From an uncultured Candidatus Rokubacteria bacterium (GTDB lineage Bacteria > Methylomirabilota > Methylomirabilia > Rokubacteriales > DASRDR01), in assembly GCA_963708025.1 (NCBI GenBank), contig CAVPSB010000007.1:32001-96000 (forward strand): a stretch of 64,000 nucleotides of DNA. Direction: 5' to 3'. This document shows positions 10,436-20,153 of this stretch, piece by piece. The position numbers were made by a program, and so were the translations under genes. The notes under the pieces are model-generated. The model was given only the letters and a program-made list of their open reading frames with translations. It was not told the DNA's origin and did not search any database. The stretch's first letter is position 1. Each line of letters opens with the position of its first letter.

Positions 10436-11393
10436 ATGCGGACGCTGTACGCTCCGATCGAGGCCTACGAGCAGGGGAGCCTGAAGGTCTCGCCGCTCCA
10501 CACCCTCTACTACGAGCAGTGCGGCAACCCGGCGGGGACGCCGGTGGTCTTCCTCCACGGCGGGCCCGGCGGCGGCATCGATGCCGGACCATCGCCGCTT
10601 CTTCGATCCCGAGGCCTACCGCATCGTCCTCTTCGACCAGCGCGGCGCCGGCAAGAGCACGCCGCACGCGGCGCTCGAGGAGAACACGACCTGGGACCTG
10701 GTCGCCGACATCGAGCGGCTGCGGGCCCACCTCGGCATCGACCGGTGGGACGTCTTCGGCGGCTCGTGGGGGAGCACCCTCGCCCTCGCCTACGCCGAGA
10801 CCCACCCCGACCGCGTCCGCGCCCTCGTCCTCCGCGGGCATCTTCCTCTGCCGGCCGAAGGAGATCCGACTGGTTCTACCAGGAAGGCGCCAATGCCATC
10901 TTCCCGGACCGCTGGGAGGAGTACCTCGCGCCCGATCCCCGAGGCCGAGCGCGGCGACCTCGTGCACGCCTACTACCGGCGACTCGACCGAGCGACGACC
11001 AGGCGGTGCGGCTCGCGGCCGCCCAGGCCTGGAGCGTCTGGGAGGGGAGCACCTGCCGCCTTCTCCCCGACCCGACGCTCGTCGGCCGATTTCGGGGACC
11101 CTTACCGGCGCTGGCCCTCGCCCGCATCGAGTGCCACTACTTCGTCAACAACGGCTTCTTCGACGCCGACGACTGGCTCCTCGACACGTCCAGGCCGATC
11201 CGCCACATCCCCGGCGGTGATCGTCCAGGGCCGCTACGACGTCGTCTGCCCCGCGATGAGCGCCTGGGACCTCCACCGGGCCTGGCCCGAGGCGGAGCTC
11301 GCCATCGTGCCCGACGCCGGACATCATGCCCTCGAGCCGGGGATCATCGACGCGCTCGTCGCCGCCACCGACCGGTTCCGCGCCGCGCCGTAA
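10436..11393 (+). CDS. pip: Proline iminopeptidase (several frameshifts)
   Basis: YEQCGNPAGTPVVFLHGGPG, FDQRGAGKS, FGGSWGSTL, ARIECHYF and QGRYDVVCP spread across three frames. Confidence 0.85.
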
Positions 11394-11394
11394 C

Positions 11395-12483
11395 ATGGGC
11401 CGCGCCCGCCTCCGCGATCTCGGGATCGAGCTCGGCCACTGGCCGACGGGCCCCCTCAATGCGATCACCGACGTCCCGGGGGTCCTGGTCGGCCACGCCA
11501 GCGTGATCCGCGACGTCCCGCGGGTCGCCCGGACCGGCGTGACCGTGATCGTCCCCGCCGAGGACGTCGGCCGGCGGTTGCAGGTCTTCGCCGGCTACGA
11601 GTCCCTGAACGGCAACGGCGAGATGACGGGTCTCCTGTGGGTCGCCGAGTCGGGATTCCTGACGACGCCGATCGGGATCACCAACACCCAGGACGTGGGC
11701 ACCGTCCGGGATGCGATCTCGTCCCAGCTGTTCGAGCGGCATCCCGAGGCCCGCTTCTTCCTGCCGGTCGCGGCCGAGACCTACGACGGCTGGCTCAGCG
11801 ACATCAGGGGCGCCCACGTGACGAAGGCCGAGGTCGCCGAGGCGCTGGGGGCCGCCCGGGACGGCCCGGTGGCCGAAGGCAACGTCGGCGGCGGCACCGG
11901 CATGATCTGCCACGAGTTCAAGGGCGGGATCGGCACGGCCTCCCGGGCCGTGACCACGCGGAGCGGGCAGTACACCGTGGGCGCCCTCGTCCAGGCGAAC
12001 TACGGGCACCGCCGGCTCCTCCGGGTCGACGGCGTGCCGGTCGGCCGGGAGATCGGTCACGACCGGGTCCCGAGCGCCTGGGGGCACCCGCGTCACGACG
12101 GCTCCATCATCGCGGTGATCGCGACCGACGCCCCGCTGATCGCCGGGCAGTGCGTCCGGCTCGCCAAGCGGGCGACGGTGGGCCTGGCCCGCGCGGGCGG
12201 GGTCGCCCACAACGGGAGCGGCGACATCTTCCTCGCCTTCGCCACCGGCAACGCGGTGCCGGCCGCCCCGCCCGCCCCGGTCGAGGTCAGGATGCTGCCG
12301 AACGAGCACATGGATCCGCTCATCGAGGGCGCGGCCGAGGCCGTCGAGGAGTCGATCCTCAACGCGCTCACCGCCGCCGAGACGATGACCGGCTTCCAGG
12401 GCCATCAGGCCCACGCCATCCCGCTGGACGACCTGGGGCTGGTGATGCAGCGGTACGGGAGAAGGGCCGGAGCTTCCTCGTGA
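11395..12483 (+). CDS. P1/S58-family (DmpA-like) aminopeptidase
   Basis: RARLRDLG, NAITDVPGVLVGH, EGNVGGGTGM, DGSII autoprocessing site. Confidence 0.88.
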   Translation: MGRARLRDLGIELGHWPTGPLNAITDVPGVLVGHASVIRDVPRVARTGVTVIVPAEDVGRRLQVFAGYESLNGNGEMTGLLWVAESGFLTTPIGITNTQDVGTVRDAISSQLFERHPEARFFLPVAAETYDGWLSDIRGAHVTKAEVAEALGAARDGPVAEGNVGGGTGMICHEFKGGIGTASRAVTTRSGQYTVGALVQANYGHRRLLRVDGVPVGREIGHDRVPSAWGHPRHDGSIIAVIATDAPLIAGQCVRLAKRATVGLARAGGVAHNGSGDIFLAFATGNAVPAAPPAPVEVRMLPNEHMDPLIEGAAEAVEESILNALTAAETMTGFQGHQAHAIPLDDLGLVMQRYGRRAGASS

Positions 12484-12522
12484 GAGGTCTTCGTTCCGTT
12501 CGGGGGCCGGGGGTCACGCCGG

Positions 12523-12551
12523 TTGAACTCCCGTGAGCCGGGGCGTATAGT
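12523..12551 (+). promoter_or_regulatory. Sigma70-type promoter of the thi operon
   Basis: TTGAAC-17 nt-TATAGT immediately upstream of the riboswitch. Confidence 0.6.
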
Positions 12552-12561
12552 GACTAGCGAG

Positions 12562-12652
12562 AGCCGCGGGGGGAGAGCCACTGAGAACCGGGTGCTCGAG
12601 CCCGGGACCCCTCGAACCTGCTCCGGGTAATTCCGGCGAAGGGAACGCGGCG
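12562..12652 (+). ncRNA. TPP riboswitch
   Basis: GGGGAG...CTGAGA...ACCC..GAACCTG.TCCGGGTAATTCCGGCGAAGGGA consensus upstream of thi genes. Confidence 0.92.
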
Positions 12653-12713
12653 CGGCAGCCCGACGACGCAGCGACGGCAGACCGCACCGTGTCCCGGTGC
12701 GGTTTTTTCGTTC

Positions 12714-12918
12714 ATGCGAATCGTCGTCAACGGGCAGCCGATGGAAGTCAGCGACGGGGCGAGCCTGGAGCAGCTCCTGGGGGAGCTGAAGGTGCGCCGC
12801 GCAGTTCACCGCCGTGGCGCTCAACCGGGAGGTGGCGCCCAGGTCGGGTTACGCGACGACCATCCTGCGCGAAGGCGACCGGGTGGAGATCGTCCATCCG
12901 ATGGCCGGCGGACGCTGA
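12714..12918 (+). CDS. thiS: Sulfur carrier protein ThiS (frameshift near 12800)
   Basis: MRIVVNGQP... then AVALNREV...LREGDRVEIVHPMAGGR* in a shifted frame. Confidence 0.85.
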
Positions 12919-12934
12919 AAAGGAGGAGGCGACG

Positions 12935-13756
<822 letters not shown>

Positions 13757-13783
13757 CGGCGGGCCGCGATCGGAACGTCAAGA

Positions 13784-14423
13784 ATGAGAGGCCTGACCCT
13801 GTTCCGCCTCTGCCTGGTGACCGACCGCCGGGCCACGGCGGGCCGACCGCTGCTCGGCGGTCGTCGAGGCGTGCCTGGGCGCCGGCCTCCGCGCCGTCCA
13901 GCTCCGCGAGAAGGATCTGCCGGCCCGCGATCTCCTCCACCTGGCGACCGACCTGCGGGCCCTGACCGCCCGTCACCGGGCGCGCCTCGTCGTCAACGAC
14001 CGCGTCGACGTCGCCCTCGCGGTCGGCGCCGACGGCGTGCACCTTCCCGGCGCCGGCCTGCCGCCGGCCGCCGCGCGCGCTCTCGTGGGACCGGAGCGTC
14101 TCGTCGGCGTCTCGACCCACTCGGCGGCAGAGGCCGAGGCCGCCGCGACGGAGGGTGCCGACGTCGTGTTCTTCGGTCCGATCTACGACACCCCGTCCAA
14201 GCGATCGTTCGGCGAGCCCCGGGGGCTGGCGGAGCTGACCGTGGCCTGCCGGAAGACCCGGCTGCCGGTGATCGCGATCGGGGGCGTGACCGCCGTCCGG
14301 GTGCCGGAAGTGCGGGAGGCCGGGGCCGCCGGGGTGGCCGTCATCCGCGCGTTGCTCGAGGCCGAGGACCCGGCCGCCGCCACCAAGGCGCTGCTCGCCG
14401 CCTGCGAGCGGGCCTGGCCATGA
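13784..14423 (+). CDS. thiE: Thiamine-phosphate synthase (frameshift near 13860)
   Basis: LCLVTDR, VQLREK, VVNDRVDVA, GVSTHS, FGPIYDTPSK, VIAIGG. Confidence 0.85.
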
Positions 14424-15599
14424 GCGTGTCGCGTCGTCCCGACGTCGTCGTGATAGGCGCGGGCGCCATCGGCGCCGCCTGCGCCTACGAGCTGGCCGTC
14501 GCCGGCTCGCGGGTCACCGTGATCGAGCGGACCGAGCCGGGTGCCGAGGCCTCCGGTGCCTCGGCCGGGATGCTGTCGGCCTTCACCGGGGAGCGGGCCG
14601 GCCCCGCCGGCGAGCTGTACCGCATGAGCCGGGACCTCTACGAGCCGCTCGCCAGGGCTCTCCTCGACGAGTCGGGGGTGGACATCCACCACGAGCGGGG
14701 AGGGCCACCTCGAGCTGTGCATGGGCGAGGACGACGTCCGCCGGGCGCGGAAGCTGGCGGCCGACCAGGGGCGCGACCCGGAGCGGATCGAGTTCCTCAC
14801 CGCCGAAGAGGTCCGGGATCTCGAGCCCGAGGTGACCCTGGAGGCCAGAGGTGGGCTGTTCCTGCCCCGGAACGAGTGGGTGAACGCTGGCCAGCTGGTT
14901 ACCGCGCTCGTCCGGACGGCGACGATCCGTGGGGTCCGATTCCTCCTGGGCCAGCCGGTGGAGGAGCTCCTCCGATCGGGCGGGCGGGTCACCGGGGTGC
15001 GCGCCCGGGGCATCGGCACGGTCGAGGCAGGGGCGGTCGTGCTGGCGGCGGGGGCGTGGGCGAGCGAGATCGCGGGAGTGCCGCCCGAGCTGCGGCTGCG
15101 GCCGGTGAAGGGGCAGATGCTGGCCCTCGCCAACGATCCGCCCCTCATCTCGCGCGCGGTGGTCCGAGAGGAGATCTACCTGGTGCCCCGCTCCACCGGC
15201 GAGTGCCTGGTGGGTGCGACCGTGGAGGACGGCGTGGTCGACAAGACCGTCACCCCGTCCGCGCTGCACTGGCTGATCACCGAGGCGCTCACGACCGTCC
15301 CCGCCTTCGGGCGCGCGCCGTTCCTTCGCGCGTGGGCCGGCCTTCGTCCCGCGAGCTCGGACGGGCTGCCGGTGGTGGGACCGTGGCCCGACCTTCCCGG
15401 CCTCCACGTCGCTACCGGTCACTTTCGGAGCGGCATCCTGCTGACCCCGGTCACGGCCCAGATCATTCGCGACTGGATCACGAAGGGCCGCTGCGAGCTG
15501 CCGGCCGACCGATTCCTGCCGGACCGGCTGGTGAAGAAGCCTCGGGTTCCGGCGCCACCCTCCGCCCAGCCGAGCGGTGGGCAGGACGTCCCGAGCTGA
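14420..15599 (+). CDS. thiO: Glycine oxidase (frameshift near 14700)
   Basis: VVIGAGAIG, ASGASAGML, RPVKGQM, WAGLRP, TGHFRSGILL. Confidence 0.85.
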
Positions 15600-15603
15600 C
15601 GCC

Positions 15604-16425
15604 GTGTACGGCACGCCTCCCGCCCCCTATCCCCAGCGAATCGTCTGCCTGACCGCCGAGACCACGGAAGTCGCCTTCGCCCTGGGGGCCGGCGCCCGGG
15701 TCGTCGGCGTCTCCGGGGCCGCGACCCGACCTCCCGAGGCCCGCGAGAAGCCGAAGGTCGGCGGATTCACGACGTTCCGGCTCGACAAGATCCTGGCCCT
15801 CCAGCCGGACCTCGCCCTCGCCTTCTCCGACCTCCAGGCGGACGTGGTCCGCGACCTGGTCCGGGCCGGCGTCCCGGTGCTGGCGCTGAACCAGCGCAGC
15901 CTGGCGGACGTCTTCCGCGCCATCCTCCTCATCGGCGGCGTCCTCGGCTGCGACGCCGGGGCCCGGGCGCTGATCGCGGACATGCAGGACGAGATCCGGC
16001 AGATCCGCGAGTTCTCGAGCATCTGGCCCGACCGCCCCCGCGTCTACTTCGAGGAGTGGGACGAACCGCCGATCGCCGGGATCCGATGGGTGTCCGAGCT
16101 GGTGGAGATCGCCGGCGGCCAGGATGTCTTCCCGGAGCTCCGCGACCGCGCCGACGCCCGGGGGCGGGTCGTGGACCTGGCCGAGGTGGCCCGGAGAGCG
16201 CCGCAGATCGTGGTGGCTTCCTGGTGCGGCAAGCCCGTGGATGTCGATGCCATCCGGCGGCGCCCCGGCTGGGAGACGATCGACGCGGTCCGGGACGGCC
16301 GGGTGTACTCCATCGCCTCCGCCGACGTCCTGGCCCCCGGCCCGTCGCTCCTGCGAGGGCTCCGGACCCTCCACGACATCGTCCAGGCGTACGTCACCGG
16401 GGCCCCGTTCAACCCTTCGGACTGA
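15604..16425 (+). CDS. BtuF-like (helical-backbone metal/cobalamin-binding) protein lacking a signal peptide
   Basis: PQRIVCLTAETTE, ILALQPDL, RVYFEEWDEP, SWCGK, PGP. Confidence 0.8.
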   Translation: MYGTPPAPYPQRIVCLTAETTEVAFALGAGARVVGVSGAATRPPEAREKPKVGGFTTFRLDKILALQPDLALAFSDLQADVVRDLVRAGVPVLALNQRSLADVFRAILLIGGVLGCDAGARALIADMQDEIRQIREFSSIWPDRPRVYFEEWDEPPIAGIRWVSELVEIAGGQDVFPELRDRADARGRVVDLAEVARRAPQIVVASWCGKPVDVDAIRRRPGWETIDAVRDGRVYSIASADVLAPGPSLLRGLRTLHDIVQAYVTGAPFNPSD

Positions 16426-16577
16426 GCTGAAGTCAAGGCTGAGTCGAACTCATGGAAGCTACTGACATATAATATCTTGTCTCGCTTCTGACACGCTCCG
16501 GATCGGCCGGGATCCCTGTGGTACGATGGAGGCAGTCGGTACGAGCAGCCACCCCCGGCTCCAGGAGACCCTCCCGG

Positions 16578-18038
16578 ATGGAATCAGCGGCCCCGGTCCG
16601 GACAGCTCAGGCCCCCGAGCGCTTCTTCGCCGACCGCTATGGCCTCACCCCCAGCCGACTCGAGCGGCTCCTCGGCTCGGCCGGTGGGGGACCCGTGGAC
16701 TACGCAGACATCTACCTCGAGCACCAGGTGAACGAGGAGATCGCGCTCGAGGACGGGGTGGTCAAGACGGCGTCGCGGACGATCAGCCAGGGCGCGGGCG
16801 TCCGGGCGCAGGCCGGGGTCCGGACCGGCTACGCCTACACGGACGACCTGGCCATCGAGCACCTGGAGCTGGCGGCCCGCCAGGCCCAGGCCATCGCCGA
16901 GCGGAGCGGCCGCTCGGGGGTGGTGCCGGTCAGGGGGGAGCGCGGGCCCCACGACCTCTACCGGCTGGCGGAGCCGCCCATCGACGCCGACCTGAGGCGC
17001 AAGGTGGACCTCCTCCGGCGGGTCGACGCGCTGGGCCGGGGTCACGATCCGCGGGTGCGCCAGGTGATCGCGACCCTCTGGAGCGAGGAGCAGCAGGTGC
17101 TCCTCGCCACCTCGGGTGGCTGGCAGGTCGGCGACGTCCGGCCGCTCACCCGGCTGAACGTCACCGTGGTCGTGGAGGAGAACGGCCGCCGCGAGATCGG
17201 CGGGTTCGGCGGCGGGGGTCGTGTCGGCTTCGACTTCTTCCTCGAGTCGGAGCGCTGGGCCGGCTACACGCGCGAAGCCGCCCGGCAGGCCGTGGTGAAG
17301 CTCTCGGCCGTCAACGCCCCGGCCGGCACCATGACCGTCGTGCTGGCGCCAGGCTGGCCGGGCATCCTCCTCCACGAGGCGGTGGGGCACGGCCTGGAAG
17401 GCGACTTCAACCGCAAGGGCGTCTCGGCCTTCACCGGCCGGCTCGGCCAGAAGGTCGCCTCGGAGCTGGTCACGGTGGTGGACGACGGAACGCTCGCCAA
17501 CCGCCGCGGCTCGCTCAACGTGGATGACGAGGGCACGCCCACCGGGCGCACGGTGCTGATCGAGAACGGGATCCTGCGCGGCTACATGCAGGACCGGCTG
17601 AACGCCCGGCTCCTCGGCATGCCGCTCACCGGGAACGGGCGGCGCGAGTCGTTCCAGCACCCGCCGATGCCGCGCATGACCAACACGTTCATGCTGGCCG
17701 GCCAGGACGACCCCGAGGAGATCATCCGGTCCGTGCCCCGGGGCCTCTACGCGGTTTCGTTCGGCGGCGGCCAGGTCGACATCACCAACGGGAAGTTCGT
17801 CTTCTCGGCGAGCGAGGCCTACCTGATCGAGGACGGCCGCATCACGGCGCCGGTCAAGGGGGCGACGCTGGTCGGCTCGGGGCCGGAGGTCCTGACCCGG
17901 GTGAGCCGGGTGGGCCACGACCTCCGGCTCGACGAGGGGATCGGGACCTGCGGCAAGGACGGCCAGTCGGTTCCGGTCGGGGTCGGGTTGCCGACGATCA
18001 GGGTGGACGGCATCACCGTGGGCGGGACGGAGGTCTAG
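16578..18038 (+). CDS. tldD: Metalloprotease TldD
   Basis: GILLHEAVGHGLEGDFNRK, MPRMTNT, TCGKDGQSVPVGVG. Confidence 0.93.
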   Translation: MESAAPVRTAQAPERFFADRYGLTPSRLERLLGSAGGGPVDYADIYLEHQVNEEIALEDGVVKTASRTISQGAGVRAQAGVRTGYAYTDDLAIEHLELAARQAQAIAERSGRSGVVPVRGERGPHDLYRLAEPPIDADLRRKVDLLRRVDALGRGHDPRVRQVIATLWSEEQQVLLATSGGWQVGDVRPLTRLNVTVVVEENGRREIGGFGGGGRVGFDFFLESERWAGYTREAARQAVVKLSAVNAPAGTMTVVLAPGWPGILLHEAVGHGLEGDFNRKGVSAFTGRLGQKVASELVTVVDDGTLANRRGSLNVDDEGTPTGRTVLIENGILRGYMQDRLNARLLGMPLTGNGRRESFQHPPMPRMTNTFMLAGQDDPEEIIRSVPRGLYAVSFGGGQVDITNGKFVFSASEAYLIEDGRITAPVKGATLVGSGPEVLTRVSRVGHDLRLDEGIGTCGKDGQSVPVGVGLPTIRVDGITVGGTEV

Positions 18039-18043
18039 CGGTC

Positions 18044-19381
18044 GTGGTTGATCGGCTGGAGGAGCTGCTCCGGCGGGCGCGCGCCCAGGGCGCGGTGGAG
18101 GCGGACGCCTTCCTGGTCGAGGACGAGATCCAGACCGTCCAGGTCCGGATGGGCCAGCTCGAATCCCTGAAGCACGCGCGCGAGAACCGCTGCTCCCTCC
18201 GGATCTTCACCGCCACCGGCTCGGCGTCGGCGACGACCTCCGACCTGTCCACGGCGGCACTGGGCCGCCTGATCGACGAGACGGTCGCCCTGGCCCGCGT
18301 GACGCAGCGCGACCAGCACTCCGGGCTGCCCGCGCCGGAGACGCTGGCCCGGGAGGTGCCGGAGCTGGACCTCTGGGACCGCGAGGGCCACGGTCTCCCG
18401 GTCGAGGCCAAGATCGAGCGCGCTCGGCGGGCCGAGGCGGCCGCGCTGGAGGCCGACCCGCGCGTCGAGAACTCCGAAGGCGCGGAGTTCTACGACCGGG
18501 TGAGCCAGGTCGCGTACGCCGGGACCGGGGGCTTCGCCGGACAGTTCCGGCTCTCGTCGTTCGCGCTCTCCGTCACGCCGGTGGCCGTGGAGAACGGCCA
18601 CATGGAGCGGGACTACTGGTACAGCTCGGCCCGGAAGCTGGCGGCCGTCGAGAGCCCGGAGGCCGTCGGGCGGGAGGCGGCCCGCCGGGCCTGCCAGCGA
18701 CTCGGCGCCCGGAAGCAGGCGACGGCCGAGGTGCCGGTCGTCTTCGACTCCGAGACGGCGGCCAGCCTGGTCCGCGCCCTCGCCGTCGCGGCCTCGGGCC
18801 CGAGCCTCTACCGCGGCACCTCGTTCCTGATCGGCCGGATGGGGGAGCGCCTCGCCCCGCCCGGCGTCAGCATCATCGACGACCCCCTCGTGCCGGGCGG
18901 CCTCGGCTCCCGGCCCTTCGACGGCGAGGGCCTGCCGAGCCGGCGAAGCTTCCTGCTGGACGGGGGTGTCCTGTCGGGCTATCTCCTGGACACCTACAGC
19001 GCCCGGCGCCTCGGACTCGAGGCCACCGGCCACGCCGCCCGCGAGAGCGGGGGCGGTGTGACCGTCGGCTACACCAACCTCTACCTGGCGCCCGGCCCCC
19101 ACGCCCCGGATGCGATCGTCCGCTCGGTCGAGCGCGGCCTCTACGTGACGGAGCTGATCGGGTTCGGGGTCAACTTCGTGACCGGCGACTACTCCCGGGG
19201 CGCGGTGGGACACTGGATCGAGCGGGGGGAGCTGGCCTATCCCGTCGAGGAGATCACGATCGCCGGCAACCTCCGCGACATGTACCGGGACATCGAGATG
19301 GTCGGGACCGACCTCGCCTTCCGGGACCAGACCGCGGCGCCCACGCTCAAGATCTCCCGCATGACCGTTGCCGGGCAGTAA
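18044..19381 (+). CDS. pmbA: TldE/PmbA partner protein
   Basis: MERDYWY, SRPFDGEG, VTGDYSRGA, EEITIAGNL; follows tldD. Confidence 0.9.
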   Translation: MVDRLEELLRRARAQGAVEADAFLVEDEIQTVQVRMGQLESLKHARENRCSLRIFTATGSASATTSDLSTAALGRLIDETVALARVTQRDQHSGLPAPETLAREVPELDLWDREGHGLPVEAKIERARRAEAAALEADPRVENSEGAEFYDRVSQVAYAGTGGFAGQFRLSSFALSVTPVAVENGHMERDYWYSSARKLAAVESPEAVGREAARRACQRLGARKQATAEVPVVFDSETAASLVRALAVAASGPSLYRGTSFLIGRMGERLAPPGVSIIDDPLVPGGLGSRPFDGEGLPSRRSFLLDGGVLSGYLLDTYSARRLGLEATGHAARESGGGVTVGYTNLYLAPGPHAPDAIVRSVERGLYVTELIGFGVNFVTGDYSRGAVGHWIERGELAYPVEEITIAGNLRDMYRDIEMVGTDLAFRDQTAAPTLKISRMTVAGQ

Positions 19382-20153
19382 CGCCGACCTGACCGACACT
19401 CACTGCCACCTGGCCGACCCGGCCTTCGCCGACCCCCGAGCCGCTCTCGAGCGCGCCGGGCGGGTCGGGGTCACGCGAGTCGTCGCCGTCGGCAGCGATC
19501 CCGCGAGCAACGCGGCGGTGCTGGAGCTGGCCGGGCGGCACCCCGAAGTCCTGCCTGCCCTCGGCTGTCATCCCGAGCGGCTCGACCTCACCGACGCCGA
19601 CCTCGACGCCGTCGAGGCGCAGGTCCTCGCTCACCGGACGCGGCTCGTCGCCCTCGGCGAGATCGGCCTGCCCTGGTACAGCCTGGAGGGCCGCGCCGAC
19701 GCCGGCGTCCTGGCGGCCCGGGGGCGCGAGCGACTCGGACGCCTCCTCGCGCTCGCGAAGCAGCTCGACCTGCCGGTCTCCCTCCACGCGCCCCACGGCG
19801 CCGCCGCCGACGCGCTCGAGCTGTTGACCCGGACGGGCGCCGGGCCGGCGGCGTTCCACTGGCACAAGGCCGAGCCGGCGGTGACGGAGCGGGTCGTGGC
19901 GGGCGGCCACTTCGTGGGGATCACGCCCGAGGTCGTCTACCGCGAGCGGGACAGGGTGCTCGTGCGCCAGGTCCCGTTGATCCAGCTGCTCCTCGAGTCC
20001 GACGGGCCGTGGCCGTATCGCGGCGAGCCGGGGGAGCCCGCGATGCTCGCCCGCTCGGCGGCGGCGATCGCAGAGATCCTCGGGATGCCGCCGGACGAGG
20101 TCGTCTCCGCCCTGGCCGAGAACGCCCGCCGCTGCTTCCGCCTACCCGCGTGA
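19368..20153 (+). CDS. TatD-family hydrolase
   Basis: DTHCHL, LGCHP, LGEIGL, LLLESDGP. Confidence 0.85.
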   Translation: MPGSNADLTDTHCHLADPAFADPRAALERAGRVGVTRVVAVGSDPASNAAVLELAGRHPEVLPALGCHPERLDLTDADLDAVEAQVLAHRTRLVALGEIGLPWYSLEGRADAGVLAARGRERLGRLLALAKQLDLPVSLHAPHGAAADALELLTRTGAGPAAFHWHKAEPAVTERVVAGGHFVGITPEVVYRERDRVLVRQVPLIQLLLESDGPWPYRGEPGEPAMLARSAAAIAEILGMPPDEVVSALAENARRCFRLPA

